A stretch of DNA of 17,209 bases from an uncultured Candidatus Binatia bacterium (GCA_965215605.1 CBDCDX010000005.1:1-17209); one strand, 5' to 3'. Shown: positions 1 through 7,916, counted from the first letter of the stretch. The notes: generated from the sequence alone by a model not told the origin. Numbers and translations: made by a program.

Positions 1-1
1 G

Positions 2-172
2 GGTGCCGTGGCCGGCCTGTCCCGGGACCACCTGGGCGCGTTCCTCGGCGGCCTCGCCGGCGCCCCGTCCGCCGTGATCCTGAGCGGAGTCTCGATGCTC
101 GCGGTGGTGGGGATCACCGCGGTCGCCAACCAGGGGGTGCGGGAGTTGAGGCCGGAAGGGCCGGCGGATTAG
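2..172 (+). CDS. 3' end of a probable MFS-type membrane transporter (partial)
   Basis: Open frame from the window edge: GAVAGLSRDHLGAFLGGLAGAPSAVILSGVSMLAVVGITAVANQGVRELRPEGPAD, TAG at 170-172. Hydrophobic Gly/Ala-rich helices ending in VREL resemble MFS C-termini; GC-rich third codon positions. Confidence 0.55.
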   Translation, partial: GAVAGLSRDHLGAFLGGLAGAPSAVILSGVSMLAVVGITAVANQGVRELRPEGPAD

Positions 173-287
173 AAGGCCCGTGAGGAGTTCCCCCGTAGCC
201 CAGGTATTTGCGCACTCCCATCTTGCCCCATCCCCAGTCTTCAGGCTCACCGCTCCTTGGAGTCCACGTCCTCCTTCAGACTCATTT

Positions 288-336
288 GTCTTTGGAAAGA
301 CTTTGACTCGAACAATGACTTAAAGTAAATTAAGTC
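288..336 (+). promoter_or_regulatory. Putative sigma70 promoter of the NHLP precursor with two palindromic operator-like sites
   Basis: TTGACT (303-308), 17 nt, TAAATT (326-331). Inverted repeats GTCTTT-GG-AAAGAC (288-301) and GACTTAA-AGTAAA-TTAAGTC (317-336, overlapping the -10). AT-rich patch in GC-rich context. Confidence 0.6.
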
Positions 337-404
337 CAATGGGCGTGGAAAACGGCAGGACGTAATGTCGCTATGGCGATGTTCAGAGAATAGGGGGAAC
401 AGAC

Positions 405-665
405 ATGAGCACACAATCACAAATCGAGGCGCAGGTACTTGCCAGGGCTGACGAGGACGGAGAATTCCGCACCCGGCTCCTGAATGACCCGAAGGCAGCC
501 ATCAAGGAGGCAACCGGGCTTTCGGTTCCGGACGGCATCAATATTCATGTCGTTGAAGACAACGCCACCGACTATCACCTCGTCCTGCCACCGGCGGGCC
601 GCAACCTGTCGGATGAGGAAATCAGGGGCGTTGCCGGCGGGATTGGTGACATCAACACTTGGTGA
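405..665 (+). CDS. NHLP-leader (nitrile hydratase-like/proteusin) RiPP precursor, core IGDINTW
   Basis: Leader motifs ARADEDGEFRTRLLNDPKAAI, IHVVED, YHLVLP and double-glycine site LSDEEIRGVAGG; core at 642-662; purine-rich RBS AGGGGGA upstream. Confidence 0.93.
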   Translation: MSTQSQIEAQVLARADEDGEFRTRLLNDPKAAIKEATGLSVPDGINIHVVEDNATDYHLVLPPAGRNLSDEEIRGVAGGIGDINTW

Positions 666-769
666 GTATTGTCGGGTCTCCGGCAGTGATCTGCTGATTT
701 TCTGCCGGAGCCATTCTTCCTGCCAAGCAATGCCGTCGTGCCAATGTTCAGAGAACAGGGCGAACGGAC

Positions 770-960
770 ATGAACTCACCGTCACAGATCTAGGCACAGG
801 CGCTTGCCAGGGCCGACGAGGACGGAGAATTCCGCACCCGGCTCTGAATGACCCGAAGGCAGCCATCAAGGACGCAACCGGGCTTTCGGTTCGGGACGGC
901 ATCGCCATCCATGTCCTTGAAGACAGCGGTGCCATTCCCGAATTGTCGCGACTGAGTTGA
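770..960 (+). pseudogene. Degenerate duplicate of the NHLP precursor
   Basis: Nucleotide near-copy of 405-~562 plus its upstream RBS region (atgttcagagaa). GAG->TAG stop at 791-793, 1-nt deletion near 844 (ctcctgaat -> ctctgaat). Similarity is lost after GAAGAC, so there is no GG motif or core. Confidence 0.88.
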
Positions 961-1383
961 ACCGGGCATTGCACGCGATACTCTGTCCATGCCGACCGGG
1001 TCCGACCGGCCTGGAGTCTGCACCATTTCCTTTCGGGTGAGTTGCCGTCTCTTCCAGCGGGACTTCCATCCGCCAGCGCTGCCGGTCATGGGTGCACGCC
1101 AATTTTGGGTCAGGCTGCGGCCATCCGTTGGGCCGCTGGTCATCCCTGATTTGTCGTCAGAGCCGAAATCGGCATTGACATGCTCCGGATGCCGAACTCG
1201 AGATCGGAATCGACATTTTGAGCATCACATGTGTCGGCATTATTCCCATGCTGCCCGGTCCCAGACTTCCGGGTCTGGTCGATGCCTCCTATGTCAGACT
1301 GCAGATTTTGTCCACACTGAACCGCCCTGTACCAGGTCCGGCAATGGCGCGAATGCGCCAACTCGACCGTCCAGAGGCAGGTT

Positions 1384-2898
1384 ATGCACAATAGGAAAAT
1401 CAGGAAACTCGTGATCGCCGGCGGTGGGACTGCCGGATGGATGGCTGCGGCAATGTTTGCCCGGCAGCTCCGCGAAACCCTGGACATTGCCCTGGTCGAA
1501 TCCGACGAGATCGGTACTGTCGGGGTGGGTGAAGCAACGATTCCACCGCTGCGACTTTTTCACGAATACATGGATGTCAGGGAGACTGATTTCCTGCGGG
1601 CTGTACAGGGCACCTTCAAGCTTGGAATTTCGTTCGAGAACTGGCGGGACCTGGGCGAAGACTACTTCCATTCCTTCGGGTGGGTCGGCAGGGAGCGCTG
1701 GACCGCCGGCTTTCAACATTACTGGCTGAGGGGCCATTTGCTGGGCCTGGCCCGGGATTATGGCGACTATTGTCCGGAAACAACGGCGTCGCTGCGCAAC
1801 CGCTTTGCAATCAGCCTGCACAACGTTCTGAACTACGCCTATCATATTGATGCCGGACTGTACGGACAATTCCTGCGAGGTATTGCCGAGGAGCTTGGCG
1901 TTGTCCGGCATGAAGGACGAATTGAGCAGGTGGAACAGGATCCGACCAGTGGATTCATAACCGGTCTGCGCCTGCAATCCGGGCAACTCGTCACCGGGGA
2001 CCTGTTCATCGACTGCACTGGCTTTCGCGGGCTCCTGATCGGGCAAACCCTCGACGTCGGCTTCGATGATTATGGCGACTGGTTGCCCTGTGACCGCGCA
2101 ATCGCGGTGCCAACCGAATCGTCGGGAGCCGCGCAACCATATACCCGCTCGATAGCCCATGAAGCGGGGTGGCAATGGCGCATTCCGCTGCAGCACCGGG
2201 TCGGGAACGGCATGGTGTTCTCCTCCCGGCACTGGTCCGACGACGAGGCAAGGGCGCGGCTGCTCGACAATGTGCAGGGTCGGGTGCTTGGAGAGCCGCG
2301 GCTGATCCGTTTCAGAGCCGGCCAGAGGCACAGGTACTGGCACAAGAACTGCGTTGCCATGGGACTGGCATCCGGTTTCATCGAACCGCTCGAATCGACC
2401 AGCATCCACCTCATTCAGCGTGGCATCACCCGCTTGGTCCAGATGTTCCCCGATAACGGAATTCGCGAAGCCGGGATCGCAGAGTTCAATTCCCACATGC
2501 AGCTTGAAATCGACAATATCCGGGATTTCATCATCCTGCACTACCATGTGACCAACCGCTCGGATACGCCGTTCTGGCGGCAGTGCCGGACCATGAACAT
2601 TCCCGACTCCCTCGAACACCGGATCAAGTTGTTTCGTCAAACGGGCCGGATAGCGTGGAACCAGGCGGAACTATTCGGCACCACGTCATGGGCACAGGTC
2701 ATGCTGGGTCAGGGTCTGATTCCGGAACAGTATCACCCGATTGCCAATGCGATGAGCGACGAGGAACTGGGGCAATATCTGGCCGACATCCACGAAAATG
2801 TCGACAAGCAGGTGAACGAGTTTCCGGACCACCAGCAATTCATTGACGATTACTGCAAGGCACAACCGCCCGAATTCCAGGACCTGCCGACGTCATGA
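1384..2898 (+). CDS. Flavin-dependent halogenase, tryptophan halogenase (PrnA/RebH) family
   Basis: 504 aa. FAD motif GGGTAGW, GVGEATIP, catalytic Lys context QGTFKLGISFENW, FIDCTGF, WQWRIP (WxWxIP), FIEPLESTSI. Confidence 0.96.
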   Translation: MHNRKIRKLVIAGGGTAGWMAAAMFARQLRETLDIALVESDEIGTVGVGEATIPPLRLFHEYMDVRETDFLRAVQGTFKLGISFENWRDLGEDYFHSFGWVGRERWTAGFQHYWLRGHLLGLARDYGDYCPETTASLRNRFAISLHNVLNYAYHIDAGLYGQFLRGIAEELGVVRHEGRIEQVEQDPTSGFITGLRLQSGQLVTGDLFIDCTGFRGLLIGQTLDVGFDDYGDWLPCDRAIAVPTESSGAAQPYTRSIAHEAGWQWRIPLQHRVGNGMVFSSRHWSDDEARARLLDNVQGRVLGEPRLIRFRAGQRHRYWHKNCVAMGLASGFIEPLESTSIHLIQRGITRLVQMFPDNGIREAGIAEFNSHMQLEIDNIRDFIILHYHVTNRSDTPFWRQCRTMNIPDSLEHRIKLFRQTGRIAWNQAELFGTTSWAQVMLGQGLIPEQYHPIANAMSDEELGQYLADIHENVDKQVNEFPDHQQFIDDYCKAQPPEFQDLPTS

Positions 2899-3881
2899 TG
2901 TGGCAGCGGGATTTGCCGCCGGATTGGCCTTGCGCCAGACAGTTTGACAGGGCCAGTGCCATGAGAACGCTGCCATTGTTTCCCAATACGCCGTTTGTTG
3001 TTTCGGAAAGTGCCTTCGTGAATCCGAGATACCGGGGGTTCCGGCTGCCATGCCACGGTGATGGGGCCGATCATTCGGAGATGCTCGTTGTCAAGCCGAT
3101 CCGCGTTCACGATGCGCGCGCCCTCGAACCGGCCGCCACCATCGGGCGCATGGGGTTCGAGCTGGTGCATGCGCCGATCGATATCGATTACGGCAATCAG
3201 GACGATGTCGTTTCCCGGTTCTACGACCAGTGCGCGGAGCTGGTCATGGCGGCAACCGGATGCCTTTGTGCACGGACCATGCAGCACGAGTTTCGCACCG
3301 GTGTGCCAATTTCGCCCAACGGCGCCGGAACCTATGCGGAGACGCCCCACTCGGATCTGACTCCCTATGTCGAGGATGTGCTCGACATACCTGATGGCCA
3401 TCACTTCGGCGTCTACACTGTCTGGCGCAGCATAGACCCCCTGCAGGCAATCGAGTCAAAACCCCTTGCCTTGTGCGACCATTCGACCATCTCGGCCGAT
3501 GACATGATCAGTTCCGATGGATGGCGCCTGACTGAGCCGGGCACCCGCGTGGTATTGTACCGCCTTGTTCATGACATGGCCCAGAGCTGGCATTACTTTC
3601 CACGAATGGAGCCGAACGAGGCGATGATCTTCAGGCAATACGATTCCCGCATCAAGGATCTGGCCTCCCGGGTCACCTTTCACACCGCCTTCAACGATCC
3701 GACGACACGGGAGGATGCGCCAAGGCGGCGTTCTGTCGAAGCCCGCGTGGTCGCGGTCTTTGCCGAAGAAGATCCGACAGGCCGAAAATCAAGATACCAA
3801 GCCGAAATTCCAACGATGTATCCGGATGGCAGAACGTCATCCTGGCGCCACGAGAAGATGCTTGACTGGGGCGTGGATTGA
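2895..3881 (+). CDS. CmcJ/NvfI-family Fe(II)/2-oxoglutarate-dependent oxygenase
   Basis: Motifs GFELV, HSD (HxD), VWRSI...PLALCD, WHYFPRMEPNEAMIFRQYDS, FHTAFNDP (distal His), RRSVEAR. ATGA overlap with the halogenase stop; alternative start ATG at 2961. Confidence 0.8.
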   Translation: MMWQRDLPPDWPCARQFDRASAMRTLPLFPNTPFVVSESAFVNPRYRGFRLPCHGDGADHSEMLVVKPIRVHDARALEPAATIGRMGFELVHAPIDIDYGNQDDVVSRFYDQCAELVMAATGCLCARTMQHEFRTGVPISPNGAGTYAETPHSDLTPYVEDVLDIPDGHHFGVYTVWRSIDPLQAIESKPLALCDHSTISADDMISSDGWRLTEPGTRVVLYRLVHDMAQSWHYFPRMEPNEAMIFRQYDSRIKDLASRVTFHTAFNDPTTREDAPRRRSVEARVVAVFAEEDPTGRKSRYQAEIPTMYPDGRTSSWRHEKMLDWGVD

Positions 3882-4173
3882 ACGGAACCTCTGCCGCGTC
3901 GTCTGCGAAGGCTGTGGCGGCGTGATCTACACGCGGGTAGGGCGAGGGAACGGCGCCGGCATCTCTGCGGCCGGCGCCTACGAGGTCGGCGCCCGTTGAG
4001 ACAGTAGATCGCACGCCGGTCAAACGCACGGCAAGGAGAGGCAACGGGAAGCTTGTATGCTCGACCTCAAGGCACCCTTTGCTGGGCTACGCGTACCCCA
4101 GGGGCGCCTGTTTCAGTCCCCCGGACAATCCACAGTTCATCGCAACGGCCGGTGGTGCGATGGTTGCGGGCGC

Positions 4174-4799
4174 TTACACGGACAAGCCAAAAAACCAGTC
4201 CCGTCTGAGTGGAATGAAGTTATCGACGGCTCTTCCAAGCTCGTACCCGGAGGCGGGAGAAGCCGCGAATACCCTTTTGCCCGATTTCTTGACGGTTTCG
4301 ACTGCTGGTACGAAATCCCCATCTGCCGAGAGAAGATACGCTACATCGTATTGTCCGTCGTGCGCCATTGTAACCATGTCTACGGCGATTGAAACATCGA
4401 CCCGCTTCTCGGTGTACTGAGGGACGGACATTTTGCACAAGGCTTCAAGTTCGACGAGAATTGACCCACGGAGATCGGACTTATGGGCTGCGACTACGTC
4501 CTTTAGCCTCCCGATCAATGGATTGTCGTTCGGGGGACCATCCTGCGCTCGATTCGGCCCTTGAAAACCTCTACGCCTTGGCTCTGGATCCTGTTCAGAA
4601 ACTTTTGTTGAGATGAGCGCCGGGAGAGATTGCCGGAAACCTGTCCGACATAGTATCGGATACCGGCCAGTTGCCGATTCATAACGAGTTTCTCGGCCAA
4701 TTTCTGATAGTCGAGTTCTCCCGTGGCGATCCCGATGTTCTTGGCGGCATGGTAAAAGTTGCTTCCGTCGATGAAGAGGACCGCGCGTTCTGGTGCCAT
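4174..4799 (-). pseudogene. NYN-domain (LabA/DUF88, PIN-like) RNase split by a 1-nt frameshift
   Basis: N-half 4515-4799 has FIDGSNFY and IRYY. C-half 4174-4518 has EKRVDVSIAVDM, LLSADGDFVPAV and GKRV. One extra base in the G5 run at 4532-4536 joins them as MVPPNDNPLIGRLK, so this may be a sequencing error. Confidence 0.88.
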
Positions 4800-4808
4800 A
4801 AGGAACTC

Positions 4809-4853
4809 AAAAAAAACCCCCGGGGGCCGTTTCCGGCTCGATCCCGGGGGGGG
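4809..4853 (-). terminator. GC-rich intrinsic terminator hairpin in the 5' leader of the NYN gene
   Basis: Minus strand: CCCCCGGG-ATCGA-GCCG-GAAA-CGGC-C-CCCGGGGG followed by T8, ending 9 nt before the NYN ATG. Confidence 0.8.
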
Positions 4854-4873
4854 TTAGCAAGCTAGTCGGGCGG

Positions 4874-4902
4874 ATTTTACCTTTGCCGCCACCGCATGTC
4901 AA
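4874..4902 (-). promoter_or_regulatory. Near-consensus sigma70 promoter for the leader RNA/NYN gene
   Basis: Minus strand TTGACA (4902-4897), 17 nt, TAAAAT (4879-4874). Confidence 0.85.
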
Positions 4903-5013
4903 GCGGCTTGCCTGAGACGGCTTTTCTTTGCTCGCCGTTCAGCCGCTTGGACGTGTCTGTCCGAAACACCGCCCCTCAGCTTCCGCCAATCCGCGCTCGC
5001 GCTCCTTCTCTGG

Positions 5014-5331
5014 TCATGCGATCCCTGGACCGACACCCTTTCCTGGAACGCTCGCCTTGGTCGGCAGATGACGTATCTCGGCGCCGGTCTCCCTGTCGGC
5101 CTGCACCAAGTCGTACTGGGTCTGAAGGTTGAGCCAGAACTGAGGGTCGCTGCCGAACCAGTGACCTAAGCGTAACGCGGTGTCGCCCGTGACCGAACGC
5201 TTGCCGGCGACAATCTGGCTAACCCGGTTTGGGGGGACGTCGATCTGCCGCGCGAATTCCGTCGGAGTGATCCCCAACTCTTCCAACTCGCCTTTCAAGA
5301 CCTCGCCGGGATGGACAGCTCTCATGAACAT
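5014..5331 (-). CDS. higA: HigA-family antitoxin (XRE HTH), orphan
   Basis: VHPGEVL...VPPNRVSQIVAGKRSVTGDTALRLGHWFGSDPQFWLNLQTQYDL; strong RBS AAGGAGGAGG. Confidence 0.92.
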   Translation of the reverse strand: MFMRAVHPGEVLKGELEELGITPTEFARQIDVPPNRVSQIVAGKRSVTGDTALRLGHWFGSDPQFWLNLQTQYDLVQADRETGAEIRHLPTKASVPGKGVGPGIA

Positions 5332-5719
5332 GCGGTCCTCCTCCTTGTCATCGGTGGTAGTCTGGTCTTACCCGGTCCCGGGCCTTGCTTTACCAATCCT
5401 TCACTGGAAGGTACGCTGCATGCTGCTCATCAACAACCAGGAAGTCGAAGAGCAGACCGACATAAAGGTTCGTCTCAAGGCGCGCTGGAGATGGATTTTG
5501 GGGACTTCGCGCACAACGACGCCGTTTGCCGGCCCCGGCCGTGGGTGTGGCTACCGTGCGAGCGGCCGGATGACCATCAACGTTGGACACCATGGAGCCA
5601 GCCATACCATCGGCTCGTTCGCCATCCGCATGAAGTCGGACTTGGTCCATTGGGCTCGGCGACATCGAGGAGGAGTATTGCATGGAGCCTGGCCACTGAG
5701 GCGGGCTCATCAGCCATTC

Positions 5720-5747
5720 TTGACAGTCGCGGGCGGCGGCTTACACT
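5720..5747 (+). promoter_or_regulatory. Putative sigma70 promoter of hicAB
   Basis: TTGACA (5720-5725), 16 nt, TACACT (5742-5747), 8 nt upstream of the hicA ATG. Confidence 0.65.
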
Positions 5748-5755
5748 AGGAGTAG

Positions 5756-5968
5756 ATGAACGGGCGGCAGTTCATCACCAGGGTCCGCCAATGGGCAAGG
5801 GCCCGGAATTTGGAGATTCGCTTCGTGGTGTCGGAAGGGCCGGGATCGCACGGAACGCTCTACGCGGGAGATCGGAAGACGAGCGTCAAGGATCGAAAGA
5901 AGGAGATCGGCAAGGGACTGCTCGCCAAGATGCTTGCCGACCTCGGGATCGACAGGGACGAATTCTAG
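5756..5968 (+). CDS. hicA: HicA-family mRNA interferase toxin
   Basis: 70 aa basic protein with GPGSH motif and C-terminal EIGKGLLAKMLADLGI; directly upstream of a HicB-like gene. Confidence 0.85.
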   Translation: MNGRQFITRVRQWARARNLEIRFVVSEGPGSHGTLYAGDRKTSVKDRKKEIGKGLLAKMLADLGIDRDEF

Positions 5969-6010
5969 TGGGTGAGTACTGGAGCTGCCCGAATCTGGAG
6001 AACTGAGCCG

Positions 6011-6448
6011 ATGTCTGACACATACAACTATCCCGCCGAGATCGAGCGCGACCAGGACGGCCGTTATGTCGTCGCGTTTCCGGATTTCGGGTGGGGCGCA
6101 ACGGACGGCGCGACTCGCGACGAGGCGCTGGTCGAAGCCCGTGACCTGCTTCGAGAGTTGATCGCGGCTACGATGCGTGAGGGTAGGGACCTGCCGAAGC
6201 CATCGCGCGCGACTAGGCGTCGGCCGATTGTTGTTCCCCCGGTGCCGATTGCGCTGAAGGCGGCCCTCTACGAGGCGTTCCGTAAGGCTGGCATGTCGCA
6301 AAGCCGTCTCGCCCACGACCTCAATGTTGCCGAGAGCGAGGTGCGGCGCATGCTGAATCCGGATCATGTCACGAAGGCAGCCACCATCGACCGCGCATTG
6401 CGCCGGTTGGGGAAGCGTGTGAGCGTGACAGTCGGCGAGGCCGCGTGA
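6011..6448 (+). CDS. hicB: HicB-family antitoxin with C-terminal HTH
   Basis: YPAEIERDQDGRYVVAFPDF...TDGATRDEALVEARDLL...GRDLPKPS, then HTH MSQSRLAHDLNVAESEVRRMLNP. ATG 6011 preferred over 5972. Confidence 0.92.
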   Translation: MSDTYNYPAEIERDQDGRYVVAFPDFGWGATDGATRDEALVEARDLLRELIAATMREGRDLPKPSRATRRRPIVVPPVPIALKAALYEAFRKAGMSQSRLAHDLNVAESEVRRMLNPDHVTKAATIDRALRRLGKRVSVTVGEAA

Positions 6449-6620
6449 TCTGCTTTCGGTGATCTCACCCGCTGTGGTTGTCCGCAAGAAATTGGGGATT
6501 CGTGCATATCAGGTCATCTTGTGTTCTGTTGATGAATACGGTGTCTGGCCCGTCAATAATCCAAAAGGGGACTTGAAATCGAACTTTATGACTGATGCTA
6601 TCCCATCCGCTCTACACCCC

Positions 6621-7180
6621 CACCTAGTGTCGTGTCTGGTTAATCGGCGCTATGTGATTCCACCGACCCAGACAAGATCAAGCGCCCCTCCGTCGCGCGT
6701 ATGCTGCGAAATACTCCGGCACTCCGAGCCAGACTCGAGTCGGCCAAAAGTAAGTCTGACGGAAAAGTGCAGTTTGCGGTTGGAGGCCACCGGATTGCGA
6801 AAGTCATGCTCAAGCTTGCAAGAGGCCACGCGGCTTTTGAGCTTAGCTTGCCGTGCCGGAGTGAACCAGACCATTTTTGGTGTGTTCCAGTTTCTGAGCT
6901 GTCCAGTGACGCGCGTGATGCATTTAATGCGACACATGTTCGGAGGGTATTCGGTGAAGTTGGGTCTCGTGGGTTGCAGCGAATGCTCGTAACCCATGTT
7001 GCTCTGCAATCAGAATCGGGCGAACAATCCGAACTGCGGTTGCTTGTGACGGACTGGATCCATGTTCAGCAGGACCTGTACCGGTACCTTGCCGTCGACG
7101 ATGTCGGTGTGCTCGTGATCAGAATCGTCGTGGCCGAGTACCTTGCTTACGAAGTTGCGTGGCACCTGGGCACGGCCTAA
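6621..7180 (+). pseudogene. 5'-truncated, frameshifted gene; C-terminal part resembles an HNH-endonuclease-associated family
   Basis: The ORF 6701-7180 frame extends upstream as SALCDSTDPDKIKRPSVARMLRNTP and joins HLVSCLV across a 1-nt gap near 6641. KLARGHAAFELS, GEVGSRGLQR and IVVAEYLA.EVAW match my recollection of proteins with an N-terminal HNH domain, which is absent here. Confidence 0.5.
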
Positions 7181-7297
7181 CCACGCGATGATGTCGGGCC
7201 GCTGCTCTCCCGGACCGCCAAAGGCTAATTTGCGGTTTGCACCACACTGGTGTACCTAGACGTAAAATAGGCGGGCGTCCCCTGCTAGGTTGCCCAA

Positions 7298-7484
7298 GTG
7301 GCAACGGTGCAGCAAGGGAAACGGGCGGCTGACAAGGGCACCGTTCGAAAGTGGTTAGCGGCAGCCGCGCGCGAGCAACATCGTAGAGAGCGTGGCCCAG
7401 GAAAGCCGCGTCTTCGTAGCCTGGCTGGTTCGCGACGCTGTCTCGCTTTACATTTAGGACCGTTGACCTATGCTTGGGCCCTAA
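7298..7484 (+). pseudogene. Decayed ribbon-helix-helix (CopG-like) regulator
   Basis: Across frameshifts reads ...GTVR...REQH..ESVAQESRVSVAWLVRDAVSLYI*DR*PMLGP*, with in-frame TAG (7455) and TGA (7464); ends 9 nt before vsr. Confidence 0.6.
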
Positions 7485-7493
7485 TTCCAGACC

Positions 7494-7916
7494 ATGGACA
7501 CCGTCCCCGCCGAACGCCGATCGGAAATCATGTCGCGCGTCCGCAGTCGCGACACGCGCCCCGAGATGACCGTCCGCCGACAAGTCCACCGGCTTGGCTA
7601 TCGATACCGCCTTCACGGCAAGCGCCTGCCGGGACGGCCGGATCTCGTGTTCGCGAGCCGTCGTAGCGTCATCTTCGTCCATGGCTGCTTTTGGCACCGA
7701 CATCCGGGCTGCGGCCTCGCACGAACACCCAAATCCCGGGTCGTGTTTTGGCGCACGAAGCTCGACCGGAATCGTGAGCGCGATCTTGGCAACCAAGGGG
7801 AACTTCGTCGCATGGGCTGGCATTTTCTGGTGGTATGGGAGTGCGAGTTGCATGACCTCGAATCCGTCACGAAGCGGGTCGTGTGCTTCCTTGAGGATCG
7901 CCGTGAAGTCGGTTGA
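7494..7916 (+). CDS. vsr: Very-short-patch repair endonuclease
   Basis: MDTVPAERRSEIMSRVRSRDTRPE, LPGRPDLVF, IFVHGCFWHRH, FW..KLDRNRERD, GWHFLVVWECEL. Confidence 0.97.
   Translation: MDTVPAERRSEIMSRVRSRDTRPEMTVRRQVHRLGYRYRLHGKRLPGRPDLVFASRRSVIFVHGCFWHRHPGCGLARTPKSRVVFWRTKLDRNRERDLGNQGELRRMGWHFLVVWECELHDLESVTKRVVCFLEDRREVG

Noticed and set aside
484-960. 158-aa ORF containing NHLP-like LNDPKAAIKDATG
   Set aside because: Chimeric frame: out of frame over the real precursor and entering the pseudogene frame only after its deletion.
989-1414. 141-aa Cys/His-rich ORF between the precursor copy and the halogenase
   Set aside because: No family motif or clear RBS, and it overlaps the halogenase start; cannot support it as a gene.
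1294-2640. 448-aa minus-strand ORF
   Set aside because: Antisense shadow of the halogenase.
3882-4170. Possible small ORF with CxxxCxxC (LCRVVCEGCGG) after the oxygenase
   Set aside because: Too short, no credible start or RBS, and no radical SAM fold follows.
4809-4867. tRNA, SRP RNA or known riboswitch
   Set aside because: No cloverleaf, SRP loop consensus or aptamer consensus that I recognise; retained only as an unknown leader RNA.
7594-7902. N-terminal 103-aa extension of the methyltransferase in the ORF track
   Set aside because: Overlaps vsr in another frame; motif I and an RBS support the GTG start at 7903.
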